64,000 bases of DNA, from NCBI GenBank assembly GCA_041648595.1, contig JBAZOQ010000002.1:10446-74445 (forward strand), in the 5' to 3' direction. The stretch's first letter is position 1. The number at the start of each line of letters is the position of its first letter. The DNA comes from Minisyncoccota bacterium. GTDB taxonomy: Bacteria; Patescibacteriota; Minisyncoccia; Phycocordibacterales; UBA9973. Shown here in pieces: positions 10,501 through 19,078 of this stretch. The position numbers were made by a program, and so were the translations under genes. Under the pieces are notes generated by a model. It made no database searches. It was not told the origin of the DNA and was given only the letters and a program-made list of their open reading frames with translations.

Positions 10501-11134
10501 TTGCTTCAAAACAAGTACCATATTTTAAAGAATAATGATGAAAAGAAATTTCATTTAAAACTTTTCCTTCATATATTTCTAAAATTTCTTTCTTTGTACT
10601 AGTAAATAAATTCTTTAATTTAAGACGTGTATCTTCGTCTGCTGCGTTTTTTAATTTAGCTTTATATTCTTTATCTAAACCTTGAACAATTATTTCTTTT
10701 TCATCTTCATGAACTTTCGTAATTATATATCCAGCAAAATAAATAACTTTTTCAAGATCAGACACAGAAATATTTAAAAGGATACTCATCCTAGAAGGTA
10801 CTCCTCTTAAAAACCAAATATGAGCAACAGGTGTCGAAAGCTCAATATGTCCCATTCTTTCTCTTCTTACTATAGAACGAGTTACTTCGACTCCACATTT
10901 TTCACAGATAATATCTTTATAACGAATTCGACGATATTTTCCACAATAACATTCATAATCTTTTTCTGGTCCGAATATTTTCTCGTCGAAAAGACCACCA
11001 CGCTCAGATCTGCCTGTACGATAATTTATGGTCTCAGGTTTAGTAACTTCCCCATAAGACCATTCTTTTATTTGCTCGGGTGATGCGAGCTTGAGTGAAA
11101 TATAATCAAAATCAGTTTTATTTAGTGTTTTCAT
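7523..11134 (-). CDS. rpoC: RNA polymerase beta' subunit
   Basis: NADFDGDQM catalytic motif, zinc-binding cysteines. Confidence 0.98.
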   Translation of the reverse strand: MKTLNKTDFDYISLKLASPEQIKEWSYGEVTKPETINYRTGRSERGGLFDEKIFGPEKDYECYCGKYRRIRYKDIICEKCGVEVTRSIVRRERMGHIELSTPVAHIWFLRGVPSRMSILLNISVSDLEKVIYFAGYIITKVHEDEKEIIVQGLDKEYKAKLKNAADEDTRLKLKNLFTSTKKEILEIYEGKVLNEISFHHYSLKYGTCFEANIGAEAIYSIFKNLDLNKLKNHTEKMLEKASAIEKEKLQKRLSLIRAMTYAGIRPEWMFLTVIPVIPPVLRPMVALDGGRHATSDLNDLYRRVINRNNRLKKLKEINAPDVILRNEKRIIQEAVDALIDNSIAKQNDSAAMSQSQKRPLKSLSDNLKSKQGLFRQNLLGKRVDYSGRSVIVVGPDLKLNQCGLPKHMALELFRPFVISKILLAELAFNIRGANKLIEERTPEVWAMLEEVIQGKYVLLNRAPTLHRLGIQAFNPILIEGNAIQVHPLVCQAFNADFDGDQMAVYVPLLDEAQAEAKNLMAANKNLLKPQNGDPIVHPSKDIVLGSYWMTKSVDGEIGEGKYFSSPNTAITAYEYGIISLRAKIKVLATDSHKYHKFEEGFFDTSVGKLLFNSILPNDFSYVGDEMTSTRLSSLVDELIMHYGVDETPPILDSIKTFGFKYSTFSGTTWGLDNVKVPVEKVKIVEEGRKLEEKIIAQWNEGLLSEEERYQKIIEIWTYAKKELEKVLPKTLNKNGSTFDLFTSGARGTMTSLIQMAGMKGLIQNNQGRTLEFPIIPSYFEGLSSIEYFVTTHGARKGASDTALNTAKAGYLTRRLVDVAQDVVITEEDCGTKEGKIVTRENISGIEIPLSKNIRGRVLAGDLKDKAGKVVYKKGFLITKEEAHNIEGAGYEEVFVRSPLTCRTTHGLCQMCYGLDLGRNHLVDLGEAVGIIAAQAIGEPGTQLTLRTFHAGGVAGTDITTGLPRIEEIFERRIPKNPAIISETDGEVFEIKNKDEKEKIIKVLSDSKVDGKANEVEYLIPFRRTPIVKVGQKVKKGELLTDGSADIAGIFKFGTKEMVEEYIIREINKVYELQSASISRKHTEIIIRQMFSRRKIKDSGETNFSIGDIVENTAFIEENERIVKLKQQEAKAEIIVLGITEVSLRTKSWLSAASFQNTNRVLIENAVKGGIDSLRGLKENVIIGRLIPAGTGFKSRTISPKEEE

Positions 11135-14100
11135 ATTTTTTCAAGTTAACATCGAGAGCTAATCCTCGTAAATAATTAAGCAAAACATTAAACGATGCGG
11201 GAGAATTTGGTGGTTTAATAGTTTCATTTTTGATAATAGAATCAAATGTAGCAGATCGACCTAAAATGTCATCAGATTTAATTGTAAGCATTTCTCGTAA
11301 TGTATAAGCTGCACCATACCCTTCGAGTGCCCATACTTCCATTTCTCCAAATCTCTGTCCTCCACCTTGAGCTTTTCCACCTAATGGTTGTTGAGTAATG
11401 AGAGAGTAAGGTCCGATAGAACGCATATGAATCTTATCTTCTACCATGTGGTGAAGTTTCAACATATACATATAACCAACAGCAATATCTTGATCAAAAG
11501 CTTCTCCTGTACGTCCATCAAAAAGTTTTAACTTACCATTCTCTGGAAATCCAGCTTTTTTTAATTCTTCTCGTATTTCTTCATGACGTGCTCCTAAAAA
11601 TGGAGGAACAATAGCTTGATATCCCAATGTATTTGCAGCCATACCAAGATGCATTTCTAATATTTGTCCCAAGTTCATACGAGAAGGAACACCAAGCGGT
11701 GAAAGAATTATATCTACTGGTGTACCATCTGCTGCATATGGCATATCTTCTTCTGGAAGAATTCTTGAAATAACTCCCTTGTTTCCATGTCTTCCTGAAA
11801 GTTTGTCTCCAACTGAAATGTTTCTAATCTGAGCAACTTCAATAACTATTTTTTTAATAATTCCTGCTTCAAGTGTATGTCCCAAATCACGAGAAAAAAT
11901 CTTAATACCAATAATACGTCCACGTTTTCCGTGCTCCATTCTTAGTGATGTATCTTTAACATCACGTGCTTTTTCAGCAAAGATTGAACGTAGTAATCTT
12001 TCTTCTGGGGTAAGTTCAGTCTCACCTTTTGGTGTAATTTTACCAATCAAAATATCGTTTTCTCTAACTTCAGCACCAATACGAACAATACCATCTTCAT
12101 CTAAATCTTTAAGTTTTAATTCTCCAACATTTGGAATATCACGAGTAGTGATTTCAGGTCCTAATTTAGTATCACGAACAACACAAACAAATTCTTCAAC
12201 ATAGACACTAGTAAATTTACTCTTTTTCACAAGACGCTCAGAAATAATTATAGCATCTTCATAATTTGATCCAGACCAAGACAAGAATGCTACAAAAATA
12301 TTTTGTCCAATTGAAATTTGTCCATCCACTGTACTTGTCGTATCAGCTAAAACATCTCCTTTCTTTATTTTTTGACCTACGTCTACTGCGGGACGTTGAT
12401 GAAAAGAAGAAAAATTATTATTTCTCAAAAAATTAACAAGCGTATAAGTTTTTTCTTTATCTCCCTTTCCTTTTACTACTATTTTTTTCGCATCTAAATA
12501 AGAAACTACACCATCTTCTTCTGCAAGAACAATTCTACCAGAATCTCGAGATGCAAGAGCTTCAATACCAGTAGCCACTAGTGGTGCTTCTGGAAGAACA
12601 CAAGGTACTGCTTGTTTTTGCATGTTTGATCCCATGAGAGAACGATTAGCATCATTGTGCTCTAAAAAAGGAATCATTGAAGTCGCTACTGAGAAAGCTT
12701 GATTTGCAGCAACATCAATAAAATCAACTTCATCGCGACTAATCATTCCTGGATTAGTTTTTACTCTAGCTGCAACTCTTTCTTCTGTTATTTTTCCATC
12801 CTTATCATAAGAAATAGCGGCATGAGCAATGTTGTATTTTTCTTCTTCAAGTGCATTTAAGTATTGTACTTCATCAGTAATTTTTCCATTTTTTACTTTT
12901 ATATATGGAGTCTCTATAATTCCAAAATCATTTATTTTTGCATAAGTTGAAAGATGTAAAATAAGACCAATGTTTGGACCTTCAGGAGTATGAATAGGAC
13001 AAACTCTTCCATAGTGAGAAGGATGAACGTCTCGAACTTCTAACCCTGCACGTTCGCGCGTTAAGCCTCCAGGTCCTAATGCGGACAATAAACGAATATG
13101 TTCTATTTCTGCCAAAATATTTTCTTGACTCATGAATTGTGAAAGTTGGTTTGTGGTAAAAAATTCCTTAATACGTGCTTGAAGTGGACGTTGATTAATT
13201 ATATGAATTGGTAATGCTGTATCAATATCAATAATAGACATTCTGTCTTGAATATTTCTTTTAATTTGCATCATACCAGTACGTACTTTCTGTTGAAGCA
13301 TTTCTCCAACAAAGCGAACACGTCTCTGTCCTAAGTGATCAATGTCGTCAGACTTAGCACCTACTGTGTTATTTAAAACAATAATATTTGTAATTACTGT
13401 CATTAAATCTTCTTTAGAAATAGTTCTAAGGGCAAGTTCTTCATCACCCAATCCTTTTTCAAAACGTTTATTAAACCTATATCGTCCGACAGGAGAAAGA
13501 TCATATCTTTCAGGAGTAAATAAAGAATTAATAAATTCTTTGGCATTTTCAGGTGTTGCCATATCTCCATCTCTCAAGCGTTTATATATTTCAATATATG
13601 CATCGTTTAATGTCTTTGCTATATCTTTTGCAAGACAAGCTTCAATAGCATCTTTACAAGAAGGAGTTTTCTCAAATGCTTTTAACATTGCTTCATTGGT
13701 ACCATAACCCATAACACGTAAAAGTGCTGTCGCTGGGAATTTTCTTTTTTTGTCTATTCTTATGTAAATTGCTCCATCGGATTCTGATTCTATTTCAATC
13801 CAAACTCCACGAGCTGGAATAATTTTTGCACCAAAATATCTTTTACCTTTACTTTCAGACTCAGTAAAGAAAACTCCAAAAGAACGTGCAAGCTGTGGCA
13901 CGATAATACGTTCTACTCCATTTATAATAAAAGTTCCATGTGGAGTCATTAGTGGAAGCTCAGACATAAAAATCTCTTGCTCTTTAACAGTACCTAAAAT
14001 TTTATTTGTTAACTTTACACGAGTCTTCAAAAGACCTTGATATGAAAGTTTATTTATTTTAGCTTCATTCTCTCCACAATTAGCTTCACCTAAAGAGAAA

Positions 14101-14291
14101 GATGAAAACTCAAGTTCAAATTTTTTTCCAGAATAATCTACAATAGGAGAAAATTCTTTAAAAACTTCTTTAATCCCTTCTTCAATAAGCCACTTATATG
14201 ACTTAGTTTGAGCTTCTATTAAATTTGGAAACTCAATCAGCGGATTTTTATATCTCGCAAAATACTTCTTCGGACGTTTTTCTGTTTGCAT
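11118..14291 (-). CDS. rpoB: RNA polymerase beta subunit
   Basis: GDKLSGRHGNKG, GGQRFGEMEVWALE. Confidence 0.98.
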   Translation of the reverse strand: MQTEKRPKKYFARYKNPLIEFPNLIEAQTKSYKWLIEEGIKEVFKEFSPIVDYSGKKFELEFSSFSLGEANCGENEAKINKLSYQGLLKTRVKLTNKILGTVKEQEIFMSELPLMTPHGTFIINGVERIIVPQLARSFGVFFTESESKGKRYFGAKIIPARGVWIEIESESDGAIYIRIDKKRKFPATALLRVMGYGTNEAMLKAFEKTPSCKDAIEACLAKDIAKTLNDAYIEIYKRLRDGDMATPENAKEFINSLFTPERYDLSPVGRYRFNKRFEKGLGDEELALRTISKEDLMTVITNIIVLNNTVGAKSDDIDHLGQRRVRFVGEMLQQKVRTGMMQIKRNIQDRMSIIDIDTALPIHIINQRPLQARIKEFFTTNQLSQFMSQENILAEIEHIRLLSALGPGGLTRERAGLEVRDVHPSHYGRVCPIHTPEGPNIGLILHLSTYAKINDFGIIETPYIKVKNGKITDEVQYLNALEEEKYNIAHAAISYDKDGKITEERVAARVKTNPGMISRDEVDFIDVAANQAFSVATSMIPFLEHNDANRSLMGSNMQKQAVPCVLPEAPLVATGIEALASRDSGRIVLAEEDGVVSYLDAKKIVVKGKGDKEKTYTLVNFLRNNNFSSFHQRPAVDVGQKIKKGDVLADTTSTVDGQISIGQNIFVAFLSWSGSNYEDAIIISERLVKKSKFTSVYVEEFVCVVRDTKLGPEITTRDIPNVGELKLKDLDEDGIVRIGAEVRENDILIGKITPKGETELTPEERLLRSIFAEKARDVKDTSLRMEHGKRGRIIGIKIFSRDLGHTLEAGIIKKIVIEVAQIRNISVGDKLSGRHGNKGVISRILPEEDMPYAADGTPVDIILSPLGVPSRMNLGQILEMHLGMAANTLGYQAIVPPFLGARHEEIREELKKAGFPENGKLKLFDGRTGEAFDQDIAVGYMYMLKLHHMVEDKIHMRSIGPYSLITQQPLGGKAQGGGQRFGEMEVWALEGYGAAYTLREMLTIKSDDILGRSATFDSIIKNETIKPPNSPASFNVLLNYLRGLALDVNLKKYENTK

Positions 14292-14639
14292 GATTAATTT
14301 AGTCTAAATAAAACAAGAGAAACAAAAGAAAAACAGACAAAAAATACTTTTCTCTAGCTTCTTTTAAAATTATTTAGATATTTATGATTAAGCTTATTAA
14401 TATAACCTATTAATACAAACTGAGATACATCCGAAACTCAATCAAATCTCTTATTTACTAGTATACTTAATATTCCTATTTTGTCCACTTGACATTTAAA
14501 TTCAAATATGCTATGCTTCTACCAGATTAAGCTACTTGAAATAGTGAACAATTAGATTGGTCTTCTAAGTTTCTTTTACTTAAAAGATATTTGGAAGATC
14601 AATTTAATTAATTCATTCAATAAAACAAAAGGAACTATC

Positions 14640-15248
14640 ATGAAAAACTTTCTTTCAATTCTCGTACGTTGGGCATTGGTTTGCTCAATATTTGTGATCA
14701 TAACAATACTTTCTGTTAATCACCCATTATCTGCTCTTGATCACTATAAATTCAGCATACTGGGTGCTGGGTTTATATATTTGGCGATTTTTCACTTTAT
14801 TAAAAGTGAAGACCCTAGTGAATTACTATGGCATGGTACATTATTTCGATACACAATAATAGTGGGGTTATGTCTCTTAATATTTTTGGTTGTCTCTCTT
14901 TTTAAAATAAAAGAAGATAACAACCTATGGAATTTTATGACAATAGTAGTATTTTTTGCTATTTTAGCAGTCCAAATAATTGATGTGATTGTAAATATAA
15001 TAAAAATTACTAAAGGTAGTTCATTGAATGATGGACTACTCTCTATAGAAATTACTGCACTGATTGGAGGAATACTTTATTTTATCTCCGTAGAAAGTGA
15101 TTGGTTATCATGGATAACCTATTCTGAAGACTGGTTTAATTCATTAGGATGGACAACTATAATAGGATACCCATCACTTATCCTAGTCACGTTTATGCCA
15201 AAAATTTGGCCATGGTTATTTTTAATCAAACCAAAAACCATAGAATAA
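14640..15248 (+). CDS. Hypothetical multi-pass membrane protein
   Basis: About 6 hydrophobic segments; AAGGA SD and TTGACA...TATGCT promoter upstream. Confidence 0.65.
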   Translation: MKNFLSILVRWALVCSIFVIITILSVNHPLSALDHYKFSILGAGFIYLAIFHFIKSEDPSELLWHGTLFRYTIIVGLCLLIFLVVSLFKIKEDNNLWNFMTIVVFFAILAVQIIDVIVNIIKITKGSSLNDGLLSIEITALIGGILYFISVESDWLSWITYSEDWFNSLGWTTIIGYPSLILVTFMPKIWPWLFLIKPKTIE

Positions 15249-15301
15249 AATTAAAAACAAAATCCGGTTTTCAATAGGAAAAAATCCTATTGGAGGTCGG
15301 A

Positions 15302-15460
15302 TTTTTTCTTTTTCCACTCTTCAATTTTTTTATGATTTCCTGAGAGTAATACCTTAGGTACTTTATAATTTTTACTTTTTTTACCCTGAACAGAGTTGAA
15401 GGGATATTTTAAAACTTCTGGTCTTGTGTAAACTTCACTGGAAGAAACACGCTCTTCTTC
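15302..15460 (-). pseudogene. trmD: Displaced 3' fragment of trmD
   Basis: Translates to EEERVSSSEVYTRPEVLKY...NYKVPKVLLSGNHKKIEEWKK, paralogous to the C-terminus of intact TrmD. Confidence 0.85.
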
Positions 15461-15583
15461 TGCGTTAGGCCTTGCCTAACGTAACCTATTCCTTAACCTA
15501 GCATATATACTAGACTAAAGAATTACTTTTTCTGTTTCCAATTTTCTATTCATCTAAGTCTTAAAGCGTTGTTTAGCTAAAAA

Positions 15584-16132
15584 TTATTCTCCATTAAAAA
15601 AAGCATTAATATCTAAAAAACAAATTATAAAACAAGCTAAGCTCTGATTAGTAATTACCTCTCCCCTATTCCAATCGAAGTCTTTTCTTTTTACCATCGT
15701 CTCTATTAAGAAAAATTGTAAATAAATTTCATTAGGGATTAATCCTTTTTCATACATTTCCACATCTGTTATTTTTTCAAAATCTTCACGATCTTCTAGA
15801 TGAATAAAATCAACTAAATGTCTTAGTGTAAGATCAAAGAAAAGCTCAGTTAATTTTTTATAATTCTTTTCTATATATAACTTTTTTGACTGTATTCCCA
15901 GTATTTTTAATCCTTCTTTATCTTTTTGATTATTTTCGTACTTATAAGCATCCTTCCACATCAAAAAGAAATTTTTTACACTATCTTTTTCTTCAATAAA
16001 TTCAGTAAACCATTCTTCTAAGTCAGGTTCAGCCAGTAATATTTTCATAGCCTTAAAATGCACTAGTGAATCTTTTTCAAATAAAAATTGTTTATATGCT
16101 TCATCAAATTTTTCTATATTTCTATTTTTCAT
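15584..16132 (-). CDS. Hypothetical protein (island cargo)
   Basis: 182-aa ORF, no recognised motif. Confidence 0.6.
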   Translation of the reverse strand: MKNRNIEKFDEAYKQFLFEKDSLVHFKAMKILLAEPDLEEWFTEFIEEKDSVKNFFLMWKDAYKYENNQKDKEGLKILGIQSKKLYIEKNYKKLTELFFDLTLRHLVDFIHLEDREDFEKITDVEMYEKGLIPNEIYLQFFLIETMVKRKDFDWNRGEVITNQSLACFIICFLDINAFFNGE

Positions 16133-16192
16133 AAAAATTATGTTTCTCCCAAACCTTGCTTAACCAAATATATAACTTGTGGATAACTATCC

Positions 16193-16312
16193 TTGCATAA
16201 ATGTCTGACGATATGGTAAACTTTAAGTACAAATGGCCTTCGGGCTCCGAGACTTTCTCCGCGAGGAGGAAGACCGTTACAAAAACATCTCTCTGAGATG
16301 TTTTTGTTTTTA
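16193..16312 (+). ncRNA. Candidate structured small RNA convergent with pemK (promoter included)
   Basis: TTGCAT-18 bp-TAAACT promoter; GGCC-TTCG-GGCT (UUCG loop); CTTTCTCC-GCGA-GGAGGAAG (GNRA loop); terminator ACAAAAACATCTC/GAGATGTTTTTGT plus T tract. Confidence 0.55.
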
Positions 16313-16756
16313 TATAACATTTTTGATTTTTTCCCTAATAACATTAAAATCTTCTTCTGACATAACCCCTATTTTTCTAATTAATCTTTTACTACTCATT
16401 GTTTTTAATTGATTTAAAATAATCCTTCCTTCTTTATCTTCACTTATTAATTCACCTACTATATTCTCATAATATTCTTTGTATTTAATTTCAATATGAT
16501 ACTTATTATCTTTTTTTTGACTAGTCAATGGTATTGCCCAAAAAATATGTTGCCCAAATTTTCTCAAAACTAAAACTGGTCTTTGAAATTCTTCATCTTT
16601 ACCATTCTGTTCAGAACCAACATTTAACCCAACATTTGCCCACCAAATATCTCTTTGTTTATAAGATAAATTTAAATTATCAGCAATATGTATCCTTACT
16701 TTTACTTTGACCCATTTTACAAACTCAGCAAGTATTTTTTTAAATTCTTCGTCCAT
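16310..16756 (-). CDS. PemK/MazF-family endoribonuclease toxin (orphan)
   Basis: DIWWANVGLNVGSEQNGK..RPVLVL..AIPLTS..LNQLKTMSSKRL. Confidence 0.9.
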   Translation of the reverse strand: MDEEFKKILAEFVKWVKVKVRIHIADNLNLSYKQRDIWWANVGLNVGSEQNGKDEEFQRPVLVLRKFGQHIFWAIPLTSQKKDNKYHIEIKYKEYYENIVGELISEDKEGRIILNQLKTMSSKRLIRKIGVMSEEDFNVIREKIKNVI

Positions 16757-16792
16757 ATTATTATATTAATAATTCTTATATATAAACCTATA

Positions 16793-17539
16793 TTATTTCC
16801 TTTTCTTCCATTCTTCTATATTTTTATGATTTCCAGACAATAAAACTTTTGGTACCCCGAAGGAAAGAGTACTTCCTACGGGGCATGCTTTATAATTTTT
16901 ATATAAATTTTTTATAGCTTTAGAAGGTCTGTACTTTATTACTTCTGGTCTCGTATAAACTTCACTTGAAGATATTCTTTCTTCTTCTCTTGAATCATAA
17001 TTACCAAGCACACCTTCTATTTGACGAGAAACACAATCAACTAAAATCATCGCTGGAATTTCTCCACCTGTCAAAACATAATCCCCTATTGATAATAGTT
17101 TAAATTTTAAGAACTTGTCCTGAGCTTGCCGAAGGATCTTATCTACTCTCGCATCTATACCTTCATATCTACCACAAATTAAAATTATATCTGTATATTT
17201 TTTAGAAATATTTTTTGCATAATTAGTCGTAAACTTTTCTGCACTAGGAATAAAATTAATAACCAAAACAGCTTTTAGCTTAGAGCTTTTAGCTTTTAGC
17301 TTTTTAAAAACAAAATCAACAGCTTTTAAAATAGGCTCAGCTCTCATCACCATTCCCGGACCTCCACCATAAGGCTTATCATCTACTGGTTTATAATTAT
17401 TCTTTTGTGCTTTAATAAAGTCCCTTGGGTTATAAAACTTAACAGAAATAAGCTTATTTTTTATCGCTCGCCCAATGATAGACTCATTTAAATACGAATC
17501 AAAAATATCTGGAAAAATTGTAATAATATGGAATCTCAT
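16793..17539 (-). CDS. trmD: tRNA (guanine37-N1)-methyltransferase
   Basis: DDKPYGGGPGMVM, ICGRYEGID, SIGDYVLTGGE. Confidence 0.97.
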   Translation of the reverse strand: MRFHIITIFPDIFDSYLNESIIGRAIKNKLISVKFYNPRDFIKAQKNNYKPVDDKPYGGGPGMVMRAEPILKAVDFVFKKLKAKSSKLKAVLVINFIPSAEKFTTNYAKNISKKYTDIILICGRYEGIDARVDKILRQAQDKFLKFKLLSIGDYVLTGGEIPAMILVDCVSRQIEGVLGNYDSREEERISSSEVYTRPEVIKYRPSKAIKNLYKNYKACPVGSTLSFGVPKVLLSGNHKNIEEWKKRK

Positions 17540-17582
17540 AGCTTATAGCTTATAGCTTATAGAAAAAAAACACAAGAACTCA

Positions 17583-17607
17583 AAAACCGCCCGAAGGCGG
17601 TTTTTTA
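17583..17607. terminator. Intrinsic terminator after khpA
   Basis: AAAACCGCC-CGAA-GGCGGTTTT. Confidence 0.7.
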
Positions 17608-17641
17608 ATTAGCTAAAAGCTAAAACCTATAAGCTAATTTT

Positions 17642-17977
17642 TTATATCCCCTTAAGGTCTTCCATTGCTTGATCAACAGTCTTTGTTGAACTTTCTGCAT
17701 TTTCAAATTTAGGTTCTGGTCTCATGCCACCTTCTGGTTCGTTAATTTTCAAATTAACACGAGCATTATTCTTCATACCTATAATTCGTAACAATGTACG
17801 AATAGCTTTTGCTGTATTCCCCATTCTTCCAATAATCTTACCCATATCACTTGGGTTTACTGTAAGTGAAATAAGTACACCCATCTCATCAACAGTACGA
17901 TCGATTTTTACATCGTTTGGATTATCAACTAGTGCTTTTACTACATATTCTAGAAATACTTTATCAGCGTCTTGCAT
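17642..17977 (-). CDS. khpA: KH-domain RNA-binding protein (KhpA/YlqC)
   Basis: DMGKIIGRMGNTAKAIRTLL; conserved rpsP-khpA-trmD order. Confidence 0.9.
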   Translation of the reverse strand: MQDADKVFLEYVVKALVDNPNDVKIDRTVDEMGVLISLTVNPSDMGKIIGRMGNTAKAIRTLLRIIGMKNNARVNLKINEPEGGMRPEPKFENAESSTKTVDQAMEDLKGI

Positions 17978-18091
17978 ATATTTCAGTAAAATTTATTTTT
18001 AATCTTTAATAATTAATGTGCAGCGTTACGACCTATAATGATTAACTGCACTGCTGTAATAAGTATATATGATTATTTTTTAGCTTTCAAC

Positions 18092-18111
18092 CCTGCCTGC
18101 CGGCAGGCAGG
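18092..18111. repeat. Perfect palindrome CCTGCCTGCCGGCAGGCAGG
   Basis: 20-bp palindrome; degenerate copy inside smc at 24262-24280. Confidence 0.7.
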
Positions 18112-18120
18112 TCTTTTCTT

Positions 18121-18429
18121 TTATTTCTTTGCCTTTAATTCTTTACGTTTCTGAGTTGGTTTCTTCTTTGGTAATACATTTTTCTTCTTACCTTCTACCA
18201 CTTTTTGATGAACCATAAAATTATGCATTGTGTCAGAAAGTTGAGCACCTTTTGAAACCCAATATTTTATTCTATCAGTCTTAAAATTAGTTTCTCCTGC
18301 CTTTGGATTATATGTACCAACTATTTCTAAAAATCTTCCACTCTTTGTACTATTTTTTGAATCAGTTAAAACTGCCCGAAATGATGGATCGTTCTTCCTT
18401 CCTATTCTTTGTAATCTTATTTTTAACAT
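18121..18429 (-). CDS. rpsP: 30S ribosomal protein S16
   Basis: MLKIRLQRIGRKNDPSFR...GTYNP. Confidence 0.97.
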   Translation of the reverse strand: MLKIRLQRIGRKNDPSFRAVLTDSKNSTKSGRFLEIVGTYNPKAGETNFKTDRIKYWVSKGAQLSDTMHNFMVHQKVVEGKKKNVLPKKKPTQKRKELKAKK

Positions 18430-18493
18430 CTTTAGAGTCTAACATAACTTATAAAAAAGGCAAATTAAATTATCTGGGTTTGATTTACAAATA

Positions 18494-19039
18494 TTAGATA
18501 AATTTAAATGAAGAAAGAATTTGATCTATTAGTTCTTGTCCTAATTTATCAGATCCTTGTATTTCTATTCTATTACAGTTCTTCAAATCTAGGTCGCATT
18601 TAACCCAAGTAGAAGGAATTGTATTGTCTGTAAAGTTATAAATCACGGAGTTGTTCCATTCCTTCTTTTTCACTTGTTTTCCATTAATTTGAACATCACT
18701 GAGAATTGGTGCTCCTTCATATCCATGATCAAATTCACCCTTTGGTAAAATAATAAAAGTAAATTTTTGAGATTTATCATTAAAGAAAAAACCGTCTGCA
18801 TTTGAGAAATAAGTTGAAAATTCCCAGTCATTAGGATATTTTAATTCAAACCCATACTGCTCGTTTCTATAAACTTTCCAATCTGACATTTTAATTTGTG
18901 AGGTCGTATTATTCGTAACAATATCTTTAGATATAGATTCATTTTTTGTCCCCAAATAATATGCCCCACCACCAATGATTAAAACAGCAATTATTGCTAA
19001 TATAAGACCCATTCCTATAAAACCTTTATTTTTATTCAT
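18494..19039 (-). CDS. Exported PsbP-like protein with pilin-like N-terminus
   Basis: KGFI plus hydrophobic helix; WKVYRNEQYGFELKYPNDW; DQILSSFKF. Confidence 0.7.
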   Translation of the reverse strand: MNKNKGFIGMGLILAIIAVLIIGGGAYYLGTKNESISKDIVTNNTTSQIKMSDWKVYRNEQYGFELKYPNDWEFSTYFSNADGFFFNDKSQKFTFIILPKGEFDHGYEGAPILSDVQINGKQVKKKEWNNSVIYNFTDNTIPSTWVKCDLDLKNCNRIEIQGSDKLGQELIDQILSSFKFI

Positions 19040-19078
19040 ATAAATTAATTATGAACTCTTTATATAAAACAGCAAATA

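Noticed and set aside
16138-16344. 68-aa ORF as a protein antitoxin for PemK
   Set aside because: It overlaps the toxin end, has no antitoxin-like features and spans the structured RNA and promoter; not fully excluded.
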